Under the pieces are notes generated by a model that ran no database searches, was not told the origin of the DNA, and worked only from the letters and a program-made list of their open reading frames with translations. DNA of 29,147 nt from IMG/VR virus record IMGVR_UViG_3300008085_000094, positions 1 through 29,147 of that record. One strand, written 5' to 3'. The DNA comes from a virus (lineage: Duplodnaviria > Caudoviricetes). Below, piece by piece: positions 15,974 to 25,863 of this stretch (its first letter is position 1; each line of letters opens with the position of its first letter). The position numbers and the translations under genes are program-made.

Positions 15974-16391
15974 GCCTTTTGTGCCCGACTCTATGAAGTC
16001 AAACGGCCATTGGGAGTTTCCTGATAAGATGGGAGTAGGTGTCGGATTTATCTATATAATATACGATACGGCTCTTAACAGAGGGTATATAGGTAAAAAG
16101 ACTTATATCACTAAAAAGAATGATTGGAGAACGTATAAATCTAGCTCCAAACTTCTAAAGGAGATGTTTAGAGAAAGACCTATAGAGGAGTTTAGGTTTA
16201 TATGTCTAGAGCAGTACAATACTAAAGGCACTCTCAGTTATGCTGAGACTTGGTCTTTATGTGCAGCTGAAGCTCCAACATCCACCGCTTGGTATAACAC
16301 ACTGATACCTAAAGTTTCTTGGGCTGTGAAAGAACCAATTAGCGACAGGCACAAAGATAGACTAAAGGAAATAATCGATGAAATTAATTAA
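15915..16391 (+). CDS. GIY-YIG-like endonuclease (start may be TTG 15939)
   Basis: GFIYII...RGYIGKK, WRTYKSSS, later conserved E and WYN. Confidence 0.7.
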   Translation: MNMRRQLNLKFEGVVPKSNKPFVPDSMKSNGHWEFPDKMGVGVGFIYIIYDTALNRGYIGKKTYITKKNDWRTYKSSSKLLKEMFRERPIEEFRFICLEQYNTKGTLSYAETWSLCAAEAPTSTAWYNTLIPKVSWAVKEPISDRHKDRLKEIIDEIN

Positions 16392-16569
16392 GAGCCTTTT
16401 TGGCTTACTTGCAGTATCATTTTCGCTTTTAGCTGCACTAGAAGTGGTATTAGAAAGCAGAGTGCATACAGACTGGTCATTCGACAGTTTTGATTACCTT
16501 GTACTCTCGCTAGCTAGTACATTCATAGTAAGCGTAACCAGCGAGGGGAAAAATGGGGAAGATGATTAA
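16378..16569 (+). CDS. Small two-helix membrane protein
   Basis: Two hydrophobic segments; AAGGA RBS. Confidence 0.6.
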   Translation: MKLIKSLFGLLAVSFSLLAALEVVLESRVHTDWSFDSFDYLVLSLASTFIVSVTSEGKNGEDD

Positions 16570-18220
16570 AAAGACATCATGTGAATGTGGCTCATCGGAT
16601 GCTAGAGTCATCTATGAAGATGGTGGGTCTAAATGCTTCAGCTGTGGTGATGTTAAGAAGGCATCTGGTAGTTTCGAAAAGACAGAAACAACAACATTAC
16701 CTGATATAGCAGCAAGCTTGAAACAAAGAGAGCTGGCTCGGGCTAAACAGCGATGCGAGGAAATTAGTGGCTATCCTGTTAGGCCGATAGTTTCAAGAGG
16801 TATATCGAAGGCTGTAACGGAGTTCTATGGTGTCAAGGTAACTTACGATGATGCTGGTCAGGTAGATACTCACTACTATCCATATGACGGTGGCGCTGCA
16901 TATAAGGTTCGAACTTTGCCTAAACAATTCACTTGGTTAGGTAAGTCATCATCTTTGTGTGGTAAAGAAAAATTCAGCAGTGGTGGCAGACGATTGACAA
17001 TCTGCGAAGGAGAGATAGACATGCTCTCCGTAGCAGAAGCATCTTACAGAAAATATAAGAAGTTCTATCCTACTGTTAGTTTGTCTAGCTCTGTAATGAC
17101 TAAGTCTATTTTAGAGAATAGAGACTGGGTCAGATCATTTAAAGAAGTTGTATTATGTTTTGATGAGGACGAGGCTGGAGACAAGGCTAGGAAAGAAGCA
17201 ATAAAGATAATTGGAATTGATAAGGCAAAGATAACCAAGTTACCTTTCAATGATGCTAATGAAACTTTACTGCAACCTAATGGTCATATTACATTGTTGG
17301 AGTGCATCTTCAACGCAGCACCGTATATACCCTTCGGGATTCTCACAACTGCTCAATTAAGAGAGCATATGAATGCTCTTCAAGATGAACCATCAATCCC
17401 TTACCCTCAATGCCTGGAAGGTATTAACTCTAAGGTCAAAGGTTTACGATTAGGACAGATAGCTCTCTATATTTCTGGTACAGGAAGCGGCAAAAGTTCC
17501 ATAATCCGAGAGGTAATTTTACATTTGTTAAAGGTTACAGAGGATAAGATAGGGATCATAAGTCTGGAAGAGACTCCAGGAGAGACCGCCAGAAGTTTAT
17601 CTTCAATGCACCTTTGCAGGAATTTAGCTAATGAAGAGATATCGCAAGAAGATCTGAATAAAGGGTTTGATGAGGTATTCAAAGATGACAGGATCATCGT
17701 CTTAGACCATCAAGGGTCTATAAAAGACGAAACAATCGTTGACCAAATGGAATACATGGCCCTTATGGGTTGTAAGTACCTGTTTATAGATCATATAACA
17801 ATTCTTGTCTCAGAGGGAGCTGTTGGTCTAACCGGCAACGAGGCGATAGACAAGATTATGAATGATCTCCTAAGACTGGTAAAAAAGCATAGGATACATA
17901 TCGGTCTTGTTAGTCATCTGAGAAAGACAGCTGTAGGCGGAAAGTCGTTTGAGCAGGGTAAATTACCAACTCTAGACGATATAAAAGGATCTGGGTCGAT
18001 TAAACAAGTAAGCCTAGATATCTTTGCTTTCGCTAGAGACATGTCAGCAGATAATGAGGCAGAAAGAAATCACATAATAATGTCTGTATTGAAATGTAGA
18101 GCGACAGGTTTGACAGGCCCAGTGGCAGGTACTAATTACAATTTTACAACAGGGAGGATGACATACGCTGGGGAAATATTCGCACCAGTCGATGTAAACG
18201 AGTCAACTGATATGTTCTAA
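16553..18220 (+). CDS. DNA primase-helicase (T7 gp4-like)
   Basis: Zn-finger CECG..CFSC, TOPRIM CEGEID / FDEDEAG, Walker [29 protein letters not shown]. Confidence 0.96.
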   Translation: MGKMIKKTSCECGSSDARVIYEDGGSKCFSCGDVKKASGSFEKTETTTLPDIAASLKQRELARAKQRCEEISGYPVRPIVSRGISKAVTEFYGVKVTYDDAGQVDTHYYPYDGGAAYKVRTLPKQFTWLGKSSSLCGKEKFSSGGRRLTICEGEIDMLSVAEASYRKYKKFYPTVSLSSSVMTKSILENRDWVRSFKEVVLCFDEDEAGDKARKEAIKIIGIDKAKITKLPFNDANETLLQPNGHITLLECIFNAAPYIPFGILTTAQLREHMNALQDEPSIPYPQCLEGINSKVKGLRLGQIALYISGTGSGKSSIIREVILHLLKVTEDKIGIISLEETPGETARSLSSMHLCRNLANEEISQEDLNKGFDEVFKDDRIIVLDHQGSIKDETIVDQMEYMALMGCKYLFIDHITILVSEGAVGLTGNEAIDKIMNDLLRLVKKHRIHIGLVSHLRKTAVGGKSFEQGKLPTLDDIKGSGSIKQVSLDIFAFARDMSADNEAERNHIIMSVLKCRATGLTGPVAGTNYNFTTGRMTYAGEIFAPVDVNESTDMF

Positions 18221-18231
18221 GGGAGGAAACT

Positions 18232-18369
18232 ATGCCGCTAATTAAATTAAGCACTAAAGAGGCCTTCAAGAAGAACGTTAAAAGAGAGATTAAAGCTGGC
18301 AAGACAAAACAACAGGCCGTGGCAATCGCATATGATATAATGCGAAAGGCTAAAGATAAGAAGAAATAG
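18232..18369 (+). CDS. 45-aa Lys-rich conserved phage peptide (not in ORF track)
   Basis: GGAGG RBS; [34 protein letters not shown], a small family I recall from phages. Confidence 0.8.
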   Translation: MPLIKLSTKEAFKKNVKREIKAGKTKQQAVAIAYDIMRKAKDKKK

Positions 18370-18403
18370 AAGGAGCCCAGGTTAAGAGCCTAGGCAAATG
18401 CCT

Positions 18404-18619
18404 ATGAAAATTTTCTGCAACTGTAATAGTAAATAGGTTGATTTCTATGTCCAAGATGAGAGAATGGAAGACAGCCTACTGCAGCAAGTTCAACTAAATA
18501 ACACTAGAGATTTTCTTGGAGAAGCTGAAGATGTCTTCTGTAAGAATTGCAACTATTATTACTGGCATGATACTACATATGAAAACATGCTATTTGATTT
18601 AAGGAGTATGAATGAGTGA
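18404..18619 (+). pseudogene. Zn-ribbon-like gene interrupted by in-frame TAG at 18434
   Basis: MKIFCNCNSK*VDFYV...VFCKNCNYY; CxC and CxxC lie on either side of the stop. Confidence 0.55.
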
Positions 18620-18815
18620 ACTAAACGCAAGAGAAGCAGTATACGGGTTTATAGCCTATCTAACCACAAGAGAGAAGATGACAATCTTATCAAGGTATGA
18701 AGATTGTAGTCAGATTGCTGACACCTTGGCAATATGGGCTGATAAAAACAACCTACCGCCAGTAACAGAGGAATTTCCTCATAACCTCAAGGTCTTAAGA
18801 GATGTGGCTGATTAA
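18612..18815 (+). CDS. Hypothetical protein
   Basis: TAAGGAG RBS. Confidence 0.7.
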   Translation: MSELNAREAVYGFIAYLTTREKMTILSRYEDCSQIADTLAIWADKNNLPPVTEEFPHNLKVLRDVAD

Positions 18816-19035
18816 TAGTTGGACAGAATACAGTGCTAGAGATATCGGAAGGAGAGTTTTTAGATCAAAGGATAAGGCTCTAGACTATTATAAACAATGT
18901 GCCTACAATGCAAACGAAGGTTATCCAGATTTACATGTATCCTTCAACGGCATCGGATTTGTGTTGTCAGATGCGGTTGGTTTGAGACATTGTGGCTTCG
19001 AGATAGTTGAAGCACTCTATGATGGAGATTTATAA
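18802..19035 (+). CDS. Hypothetical protein
   Basis: Overlapping co-oriented ORF. Confidence 0.6.
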   Translation: MWLINSWTEYSARDIGRRVFRSKDKALDYYKQCAYNANEGYPDLHVSFNGIGFVLSDAVGLRHCGFEIVEALYDGDL

Positions 19036-19283
19036 TGGCATATCTTGTTACTGCAGAAGATCCTGGTTATAGAGTTCATTTTATTGAAGATCAAATCTTT
19101 GATGACAAGTCAGACGCAATGGCATGGTGCAAATCTCTGTGCTGTAAATACTTAACAAGGCTTGAGGTTGGTGAGTACTTTCTAGAAAGAACGGGGAAAA
19201 GTTACGCTGTTAGAAAATACTCTGAAGGTCAAGTAGTGGTAAAATACACTGCATTTGAAATAGAATGCAGATTAAAGGAATAA
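19035..19283 (+). CDS. Hypothetical protein
   Basis: GGAG RBS; TAATG overlap. Confidence 0.65.
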   Translation: MAYLVTAEDPGYRVHFIEDQIFDDKSDAMAWCKSLCCKYLTRLEVGEYFLERTGKSYAVRKYSEGQVVVKYTAFEIECRLKE

Positions 19284-19285
19284 GA

Positions 19286-21190
19286 ATGGACAATATACAA
19301 ATCCCTTGGTCATCAATAGGCTATTTAACTTATAAGAGGACTTACTCCAGAGTTAAGGAGGATGGCACAACGGAAGAATTTCCGGAAACAGTAGAAAGGG
19401 TCATAAAGGCCTGTGATGAGCAACTTAAGTGTGGGTTCTCAACCGATGAGGAGGAAAGGCTAAGGAGCTATCTTCTGCTACTAAAAGGCTCTGTAGCGGG
19501 CAGATTTTGGTGGCAGCTTGGCACAGATACAGTAAATAGATTCGGCTTAGCATCACTGCAAAACTGCGCATTCACCGTTGTAGATGATCCAATCGTTCCA
19601 TTTTGCTGGACAATGGATATGCTGGCTTTGGGTGCTGGAGTGGGTTTCAGTGTCCAAGGAAAACATGTCAATAAGATACCACCAGTTAAAGACTGGTTTA
19701 AAAAGCCTACCAGGCAGGACGATGGAGGAGCAGACTATATTATTCCTGACTCAAGAGAAGGTTGGGTTAAGTTCTTAGGTAAAGTTCTCAAGTCAGCTTT
19801 TCTATCTGACTCAGAGGAAAAGGGGACATTCACGTACTCTACTCAAGTTATTCGAGGCATGGGCCTTCCAATTAAAGGTTTTGGTGGAACCTCGAGTGGT
19901 CCTGAAGCTTTAGTAATTGGTATTAATAAAATTAGTGATGTGCTATCTCGTAGAAAAGGACGACAGATTAGACCCATAGACGCTTTAGATATAATGTGCA
20001 TAATAGGAGAACTGATCGTCGCGGGCAATGTGCGACGGTCAGCGCTAAGTGCGATAGGTGATCACGACGACATCGAGTTTCTACTGGCCAAGCGCTGGGA
20101 CATGGGCACACTCCCATCTTGGCGTGCTATGTCAAATAATTCAGTAGTATGTGACGATACTGAAGATCTCCATGAGTACTTCTGGCAAAGTTATGAAAAT
20201 AAAGGAGAGTCGCTTGGCCTAGTAAATCTAAGATTAGCTAAACACGTAGGCCGACTAGGGGAAACCCAGTATGCTGACCCTGATGTAGAAGGTGCGAACC
20301 CATGCTTTGAACAGTTCCTTGAACCTTGGGAGACATGTTGCCTATGTGAATTATTTCTTCCAAATGTGAAGGATAAATACGAACTGATGGATATTGCTGA
20401 GTTGTTGTATCGTATATGTAAACACTCTCTCAAGTTACCCTCGCACCAAGTACTGACAGAGGATGTTGTACATAATAATATGAGAATGGGTATCGGGGTA
20501 AGTGGGACGATGCAAGCTACGGAAGAGCAAAACAGCTGGCTTTCAGAGTGCTACGAGTATCTAAGAGAGTTCGATAAAGTATACTCCGCCGAACAAGGAA
20601 TGCCAGAGAGTATCAAGTTAACTACAGTCAAACCCAGCGGTACACTCTCTTTACTTCCAGGAATTACACCTGGATGCCATCCCGGTTTCGCAAGGTATAT
20701 GAAACGAAGGATAAGAATAGCAGCAAATCATCCATTAGTTGAGACATGTAGAAAGTCAGGATACGATTTAGAATTTGTCAAGAATTTTGATGGAAGTCTA
20801 GACAGAACTACAGTGGTAGTTACATTTCCGTTCAGCTATCCTGAGGGCACAAAATTAGCAAAAGATACGACAGCAATCGAGCAATTAAAGGAAATAAAAA
20901 GATTGCAATCAGTATGGTCAGATAATGCTGTATCATGTACAGTGTACTTCTCACCAGATGAACTACCTGAGATAAAGAAATACTTAAAGCAAAATTACAG
21001 AAGTTGTCATAAGTCGTTGTCCTTCTTATTAAGAACAGATAACGGCTTCATACAGCAGCCATTTGAAGAAATTACTGAAGTTGAATTTAATGAGCTAGTA
21101 GCAAGAACAAAGCCAATTAATGCAATAACAGAGGAAATAGAGTTGTCAGACGAGGATGAATGTCTCAAAGGAGGCTGTCCTATAAGATGA
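19286..21190 (+). CDS. nrdJ: Class II (B12-dependent, monomeric RTPR-type) ribonucleotide reductase
   Basis: YKRTYSR, SLQNCAF, DSREGW, VAGNVRRSA, ANPCFEQ, TVKPSGT, C-terminal CLKGGCPIR; no beta-subunit gene nearby. Confidence 0.93.
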   Translation: MDNIQIPWSSIGYLTYKRTYSRVKEDGTTEEFPETVERVIKACDEQLKCGFSTDEEERLRSYLLLLKGSVAGRFWWQLGTDTVNRFGLASLQNCAFTVVDDPIVPFCWTMDMLALGAGVGFSVQGKHVNKIPPVKDWFKKPTRQDDGGADYIIPDSREGWVKFLGKVLKSAFLSDSEEKGTFTYSTQVIRGMGLPIKGFGGTSSGPEALVIGINKISDVLSRRKGRQIRPIDALDIMCIIGELIVAGNVRRSALSAIGDHDDIEFLLAKRWDMGTLPSWRAMSNNSVVCDDTEDLHEYFWQSYENKGESLGLVNLRLAKHVGRLGETQYADPDVEGANPCFEQFLEPWETCCLCELFLPNVKDKYELMDIAELLYRICKHSLKLPSHQVLTEDVVHNNMRMGIGVSGTMQATEEQNSWLSECYEYLREFDKVYSAEQGMPESIKLTTVKPSGTLSLLPGITPGCHPGFARYMKRRIRIAANHPLVETCRKSGYDLEFVKNFDGSLDRTTVVVTFPFSYPEGTKLAKDTTAIEQLKEIKRLQSVWSDNAVSCTVYFSPDELPEIKKYLKQNYRSCHKSLSFLLRTDNGFIQQPFEEITEVEFNELVARTKPINAITEEIELSDEDECLKGGCPIR

Positions 21191-21194
21191 ACAA

Positions 21195-21218
21195 AAGGGG
21201 CCATTAATTTGGTCCCTT
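21195..21218 (+). terminator. Hairpin after nrdJ
   Basis: AAGGGGCCA-TTAATT-TGGTCCCTT. Confidence 0.6.
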
Positions 21219-21233
21219 AAAAATGGAGGATAA

Positions 21234-21455
21234 ATGATACACAAAACGATTGCAGTAACATTAGCAGAATGGCAAGGCTATTTGGAATACGGGAGAGATC
21301 CACTATACGTTGATGAGGAATTCTTCGAGGGTATGAGTGTCGGGGATATAAGACTAGTTGTTTGTCTTGAAGATCTAAATCTGTGGGATGCAGTAGAGTT
21401 GACAGAAATTGTAGAGCCACAATTAGAGAGGTACTTAAATGCTGGACCTTATTGA
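21234..21455 (+). CDS. Acidic hypothetical protein
   Basis: GGAGGA RBS. Confidence 0.7.
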   Translation: MIHKTIAVTLAEWQGYLEYGRDPLYVDEEFFEGMSVGDIRLVVCLEDLNLWDAVELTEIVEPQLERYLNAGPY

Positions 21456-21798
21456 AATCGACTACCCAGAGTTCGCAGGTTATTCTAGCCAACAATTTGC
21501 CACAGTGGTATTTGAGAGGGAGGAGGATGATAAACATTGTGTAATGACCATCCTAAAGGACAATAAACTCACCTGCAAGATAGGTGATAATAAATACAAT
21601 CCATCTTCAAGGAGACGAGCTACTTGTATATATGCAATAGAAGAGTGGGAGGATCCCGGGATGATAAAGATATGCGTTGTCCAGCACAAGGGAAATACTT
21701 ACATAGAAATTTGTGTTGTGGACGATGAGGAATACAAGTATCTGTTTGGTGATGAACCGGCAAGGGAAGGCTACAGCAAACCTGCAGGTGGAATATGA
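21439..21798 (+). CDS. Hypothetical protein
   Basis: GAGGT RBS; NPSSRR...QHKGNTY. Confidence 0.7.
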   Translation: MLDLIEIDYPEFAGYSSQQFATVVFEREEDDKHCVMTILKDNKLTCKIGDNKYNPSSRRRATCIYAIEEWEDPGMIKICVVQHKGNTYIEICVVDDEEYKYLFGDEPAREGYSKPAGGI

Positions 21799-22010
21799 AA
21801 CTAGAATGTAACTCAGTAAATGCTAAATGTGAGCCACCAGTAGAGTACTGTAAAGAGTGTTCACATGCTATATACACCATATCAGTTCTTGGAAAGCTGG
21901 CACAGTACAATCCACATTACGGTATAGTGTTTTTAACAAGTAATAAAAAGAAACAACCTAAAGAAGACCATATATTATGGGAACTTGCTGAGAGGACAAT
22001 AAGAAAATGA
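21795..22010 (+). CDS. Cys-containing hypothetical protein
   Basis: ATGA overlap; C-x6-C-x6-CxxC. Confidence 0.6.
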   Translation: MKLECNSVNAKCEPPVEYCKECSHAIYTISVLGKLAQYNPHYGIVFLTSNKKKQPKEDHILWELAERTIRK

Positions 22011-22210
22011 TTGATTTAATGATTAGAGTTAGTGAAGGAAACCCAGGTGCAGCAACAGTGCTAAAGAAAATAAGCCAATTGTATGATGGGCACTACCTGA
22101 TTAGTAAGCTTGAAGAGAATGGAACAACAGGGACACTGATATGGGTAAAGTACAGAGATAAGTTCGATAGTGATATTGAAAAGATGATCGAGTGGTTAAG
22201 ATTAATTTAA
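22007..22210 (+). CDS. Hypothetical phage protein
   Basis: SEGNPGA...GTLIWVKY; ATGA overlap. Confidence 0.7.
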   Translation: MIDLMIRVSEGNPGAATVLKKISQLYDGHYLISKLEENGTTGTLIWVKYRDKFDSDIEKMIEWLRLI

Positions 22211-22219
22211 GGAGGTCTT

Positions 22220-22543
22220 ATGAGAACAATTTTATGTTGTCTGGTGTTTTTGCTTTTTAGTGTGAGCTCCAATGCATCAGAGATAGAGGAAATATGTATA
22301 GGTATTTCAAGGCTTGCCGGTACAATCATGGGGAATCGACAGAATAGCGTTCCATTAGCCGACATGCTAAGAGTGGTCCCTGATGATGGACAGCTCATGA
22401 ACAATATAGCAAAAGGACTAATGAGGCTATCATATAGTCACCCTCTATATGGTACTGCAGCAATGAAGCAAGAGGTGATATCAGAGTTCAAAAACCAGAC
22501 CTTATTGGATTGTTTAGAGGAGAATCGTGGAACAGAAAAGTAA
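22220..22543 (+). CDS. Secreted/periplasmic protein
   Basis: TAAGGAGGT RBS; signal peptide ending SNA; two Cys in the mature part. Confidence 0.75.
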   Translation: MRTILCCLVFLLFSVSSNASEIEEICIGISRLAGTIMGNRQNSVPLADMLRVVPDDGQLMNNIAKGLMRLSYSHPLYGTAAMKQEVISEFKNQTLLDCLEENRGTEK

Positions 22544-22721
22544 AGTAATAGAGAAATTCTTAACAATCGTAACCGGCATATCCAAACAAGAAGCAGAGAG
22601 ACTAAAGGTATGTCGGCTATGTAAAGAGCCCCTGACATCGTTCAGAGATAAGGTATCTCAGATAGAGTATGTAATATCAGGAATGTGTCAGGCATGTCAA
22701 GATTCAGTATTTAAGGAGTAG
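22527..22721 (+). CDS. Zn-finger phage protein
   Basis: CRLC...FRD..S..EY.ISGMCQACQD. Confidence 0.75.
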   Translation: MEQKSKVIEKFLTIVTGISKQEAERLKVCRLCKEPLTSFRDKVSQIEYVISGMCQACQDSVFKE

Positions 22722-22723
22722 CA

Positions 22724-23119
22724 ATGGAACTAGAGTTATTATCGGATATTAATAGCTGGGTGGCTGAAGATGCAAATGGTAAACAATATTTCTATAAAAA
22801 TGAGCCTGAGCTAGGCTCACTGCTGGTTTGGAACGCTAAAAGTGAACTCTGTCTCATATTAGATACTCTTTTTCGTAGACTAGACCTAGGCTCAAATTGG
22901 GAGACTTCAAAGAGAAGAATGATTAGCGATAGAGCTATACAAAAACTATCAGTCGATACTCTTGTAATGGTTAGGTATAATAGCACCTGTGAATGGTTCC
23001 CAAGATATCTTAGAGAGATCACTAAAGAGGGCTACGCTGATGTGTTTACTGGATGGTGTACCTCTATGACAGGTTCTGACAACGCAGTATATAAAGAATG
23101 GAAGGTGTATAATGATTAG
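22724..23119 (+). CDS. Hypothetical protein
   Basis: TAAGGAG RBS; WVAEDANG..Y.Y..EP...WETS. Confidence 0.7.
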   Translation: MELELLSDINSWVAEDANGKQYFYKNEPELGSLLVWNAKSELCLILDTLFRRLDLGSNWETSKRRMISDRAIQKLSVDTLVMVRYNSTCEWFPRYLREITKEGYADVFTGWCTSMTGSDNAVYKEWKVYND

Positions 23120-24008
23120 AAGACCGATGTTAGCACCAAGGGAAGTACCGGGCGTGTACCCTTCGTACTTCGAAGAGCTTAATTATCCTCTAATTGTATC
23201 TCCTAAACTGGATGGGATCAGGTGTATAGCTGGGGAAGGGGCAGCGTACTCAAGGACAATGAAGCCTCTGCCATCAAAGCAAGTCCAAGAGTTGTTTGGC
23301 AATCTAGAAGACCTCGATGGTGAGCTAATAGTAGGCCCACCCACAGACTTTGGGGTGTATAATCTCACTCAGAGCCATGTTATGTCAAGAGACAAACCTG
23401 GAGATATAAAGTATTACGTATTCGATTCACTAGATGACACTACGCTACCATTCTACCAGAGAATAGAAGCTTTGGAAGCAAGAGTCAAGGCCATAGGTAA
23501 TCCTAAAGTGAGAATGGTAGGTCATCTTCCGGTAGAGAACTATGATGAGCTGGTAGAGGCAGAGAGAAAGTTACTGAATCTAGGTTTTGAAGGTTTGATT
23601 CTAAACAACCCTATATCGGCTTACAAACAAGGTAGAGCTACTTTCAAGCAAGGAATTATTTATAAACTTAAAAGATTCACAGACACAGAAGCTATGATTA
23701 TTGGATTTAAAGAGGGAATGACCAATAACAATGCACAAGAAGTCGATGAGCGAGGGTATGCTAAGCGATCATCAAGCAAAGAGAATAAAGAAGGTGCTGC
23801 CACATTAGGTGTATTTGTAGTAGATTGGAATGGGATGGAGCTATCAGTAGGCCCAGGAGTGTTTAAACACAAAGAGCGGGATTTCATCTGGCAAAACCAG
23901 AGCTACTATTTAGGCATGGTCTTGAAGTTTAAGTACTTTGCACACGGCATTAAAGATAAGCCACGCTATGCTAATGCGCTTGGCTTCAGAACGGAGAGTG
24001 ACATATGA
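23112..24008 (+). CDS. ATP-dependent DNA ligase
   Basis: Motif I SPKLDGIR, LDGEL, YVFD, EGLIL, KLKRF. Confidence 0.95.
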   Translation: MIRRPMLAPREVPGVYPSYFEELNYPLIVSPKLDGIRCIAGEGAAYSRTMKPLPSKQVQELFGNLEDLDGELIVGPPTDFGVYNLTQSHVMSRDKPGDIKYYVFDSLDDTTLPFYQRIEALEARVKAIGNPKVRMVGHLPVENYDELVEAERKLLNLGFEGLILNNPISAYKQGRATFKQGIIYKLKRFTDTEAMIIGFKEGMTNNNAQEVDERGYAKRSSSKENKEGAATLGVFVVDWNGMELSVGPGVFKHKERDFIWQNQSYYLGMVLKFKYFAHGIKDKPRYANALGFRTESDI

Positions 24009-24886
24009 GACTAAGTACTATAAAGACAATATTAAGAAACCACTGCAACAACTGGATAGACTCAGTACTAGATAAGCAAGTGCAAGACTTGGCAAAAAGA
24101 AACACCATCATAACTGGTGGTGCAATCACTTCGATGCTGTTGAACGAGAAAGTGAATGATTTTGATGTTTACTTTCGGGACATTGAAACAGCAACTGCAG
24201 TGGCGGAGTACTACGTCAACTTGTATAACGGGACAACTAAAAAGTTAAGAGGTGTAAAAGGAATACCTGAAGTCCAGCTAAAAACGATCACCAATATAAA
24301 AAATGAGGATGAGACCAGAGTCACAATCTTCATAAAATCTAGTGGTGTAGTAGGTGAGATGAAGGTAGAGCAGACACCTGAGCTAATCTCGGAAGTGGCC
24401 GCAGTGAAAGAGAAATTCAGGCCAATATTCTTCTCAAATAATGCAATATCACTGACAAGTAAGACTCAACTAGTAATTAGATTCTTTGGGGAGCCTAGCG
24501 AGATACATAAGAATTACGATTTCGTGCATGCCACCAGTGTGTATGACTACCGTTATGATCAGCTCGATATACCTAAAGAAGTGTATGAGTCTATCATTAC
24601 AAAGAGATTAATCTATAATGGCAGTCTCTATCCAGTAGCCTCTCTGTTCAGATTAAGAAAGTTTATTAAGAGAGGTTGGTCAGTATCTGCTGGTCAGATC
24701 TTAAAAATAGCACATCAAATTTCAGCGATTGACTTAACGGACATTGAGGTGCTCAGGGAGCAGCTTATTGGTGTGGATCAATCCCATATGCAAACACTTA
24801 TTGGTGTCTTGGAGAGCCGAGACCCAAAACAGAGAATTGACAATATCTATATTACTACTCTTTTGGACGAAATATTCGAGGATTGA
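24005..24886 (+). CDS. Nucleotidyltransferase-superfamily protein
   Basis: ITGGAITSMLL...NDFDVYF, NAISL, QLVIRF, YDFVH, RLRKFIKRGW. Confidence 0.8.
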   Translation: MRLSTIKTILRNHCNNWIDSVLDKQVQDLAKRNTIITGGAITSMLLNEKVNDFDVYFRDIETATAVAEYYVNLYNGTTKKLRGVKGIPEVQLKTITNIKNEDETRVTIFIKSSGVVGEMKVEQTPELISEVAAVKEKFRPIFFSNNAISLTSKTQLVIRFFGEPSEIHKNYDFVHATSVYDYRYDQLDIPKEVYESIITKRLIYNGSLYPVASLFRLRKFIKRGWSVSAGQILKIAHQISAIDLTDIEVLREQLIGVDQSHMQTLIGVLESRDPKQRIDNIYITTLLDEIFED

Positions 24887-24887
24887 T

Positions 24888-25277
24888 ATGGTAATTAAGC
24901 AATGCACAAAGTGTGGAAAAGCGCATAGTGACAGGACAAAGATGTGTCCAGTATGCAAAGAATATTTCAGGTTGCAAAAACGTAAGCAAGCCGAAAGAAG
25001 ACTTTCTAATGGACTTTGCTGTCGGTGTGGTAAAGAGCCACATATCCTAAACCTTACAATTTGTGAGGGATGTAATAAAAAAGAACTAGCCAGATTTAAA
25101 AGACTTAGAAAAGACCGTAAAGCTTCAAACATTTGTTTACGCTGTGGAAGGAATGAAACAATCGACGGTCGAACCTTTTGTAATACCTGTGGTATTATTT
25201 TAAGAAAATATCAGAGGAAGCATAAATGTTGGAAGGCTGATCCAAGAAAATGGGTTTATGAAGGAGAGCAGATATGA
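24888..25277 (+). CDS. Basic multi-CxxC zinc-finger protein, paralog A
   Basis: Six CxxC motifs; start ATG 24888 after GAGGA. Confidence 0.8.
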   Translation: MVIKQCTKCGKAHSDRTKMCPVCKEYFRLQKRKQAERRLSNGLCCRCGKEPHILNLTICEGCNKKELARFKRLRKDRKASNICLRCGRNETIDGRTFCNTCGIILRKYQRKHKCWKADPRKWVYEGEQI

Positions 25278-25660
25278 CGCAGATATTTGAGCAATGTACA
25301 GTTTGTGGCACATCTCATAGTGACGGTACAAAACTTTGCCCAGCTTGTAAAAAGATCCGTAGAGAGCGTATACGTAAAATACGAGCGGATAGAGCCTCTG
25401 TAGGACTTTGTGAAAATTGTGGCAAAGCACCACATAGACCAGAGAGGTCAACCTGTGAATCTTGCACAAAAGACATAATAGATCGTCTAAGAAGACTGAG
25501 CAAAAAACGTAAAGAATCAGGGATATGCATAAAGTGTGGTAAAGAAGCCGCTGCAACTCCAGGAGTATTCTGTAATAGGTGTGGAGTTATTTCTAGAAAG
25601 AAACTTAGACGCGGAAAACCAATACCAAGTATGTGGCTATATCAAGGAGAGCAGATATGA
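25274..25660 (+). CDS. Basic multi-CxxC zinc-finger protein, paralog B
   Basis: Six CxxC motifs collinear with paralog A. Confidence 0.8.
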   Translation: MTQIFEQCTVCGTSHSDGTKLCPACKKIRRERIRKIRADRASVGLCENCGKAPHRPERSTCESCTKDIIDRLRRLSKKRKESGICIKCGKEAAATPGVFCNRCGVISRKKLRRGKPIPSMWLYQGEQI

Positions 25661-25863
25661 GCACACCAAAGAAAGTGGGCAATAATATGTATAAAAATAG
25701 GGCAGAAAGACGCACTCTAAACCGAAGCACACTAGTGGATGATGTAATAACTCTCAGGAAAGAGATGTATGAAGCAGGTTTAGAAGTTCCAGCACTACCA
25801 AGACAAAGAAATAGGAAGGTATTCTCAGACTATGAATCTCAATTAGTAAGGATATGCAAGTAA
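25657..25863 (+). CDS. Hypothetical basic protein
   Basis: AAGGAG RBS; ATGA overlap. Confidence 0.6.
   Translation: MSTPKKVGNNMYKNRAERRTLNRSTLVDDVITLRKEMYEAGLEVPALPRQRNRKVFSDYESQLVRICK

Noticed and set aside
11956-21190. Inteins or introns in DNA polymerase, helicase or RNR
   Set aside because: ORFs are continuous, of ordinary length, and no splice-junction motifs were noticed.
239-25556. Minus-strand ORFs in the track
   Set aside because: All shadow better-supported + strand genes or the tRNA-like RNA and show no recognisable motifs.
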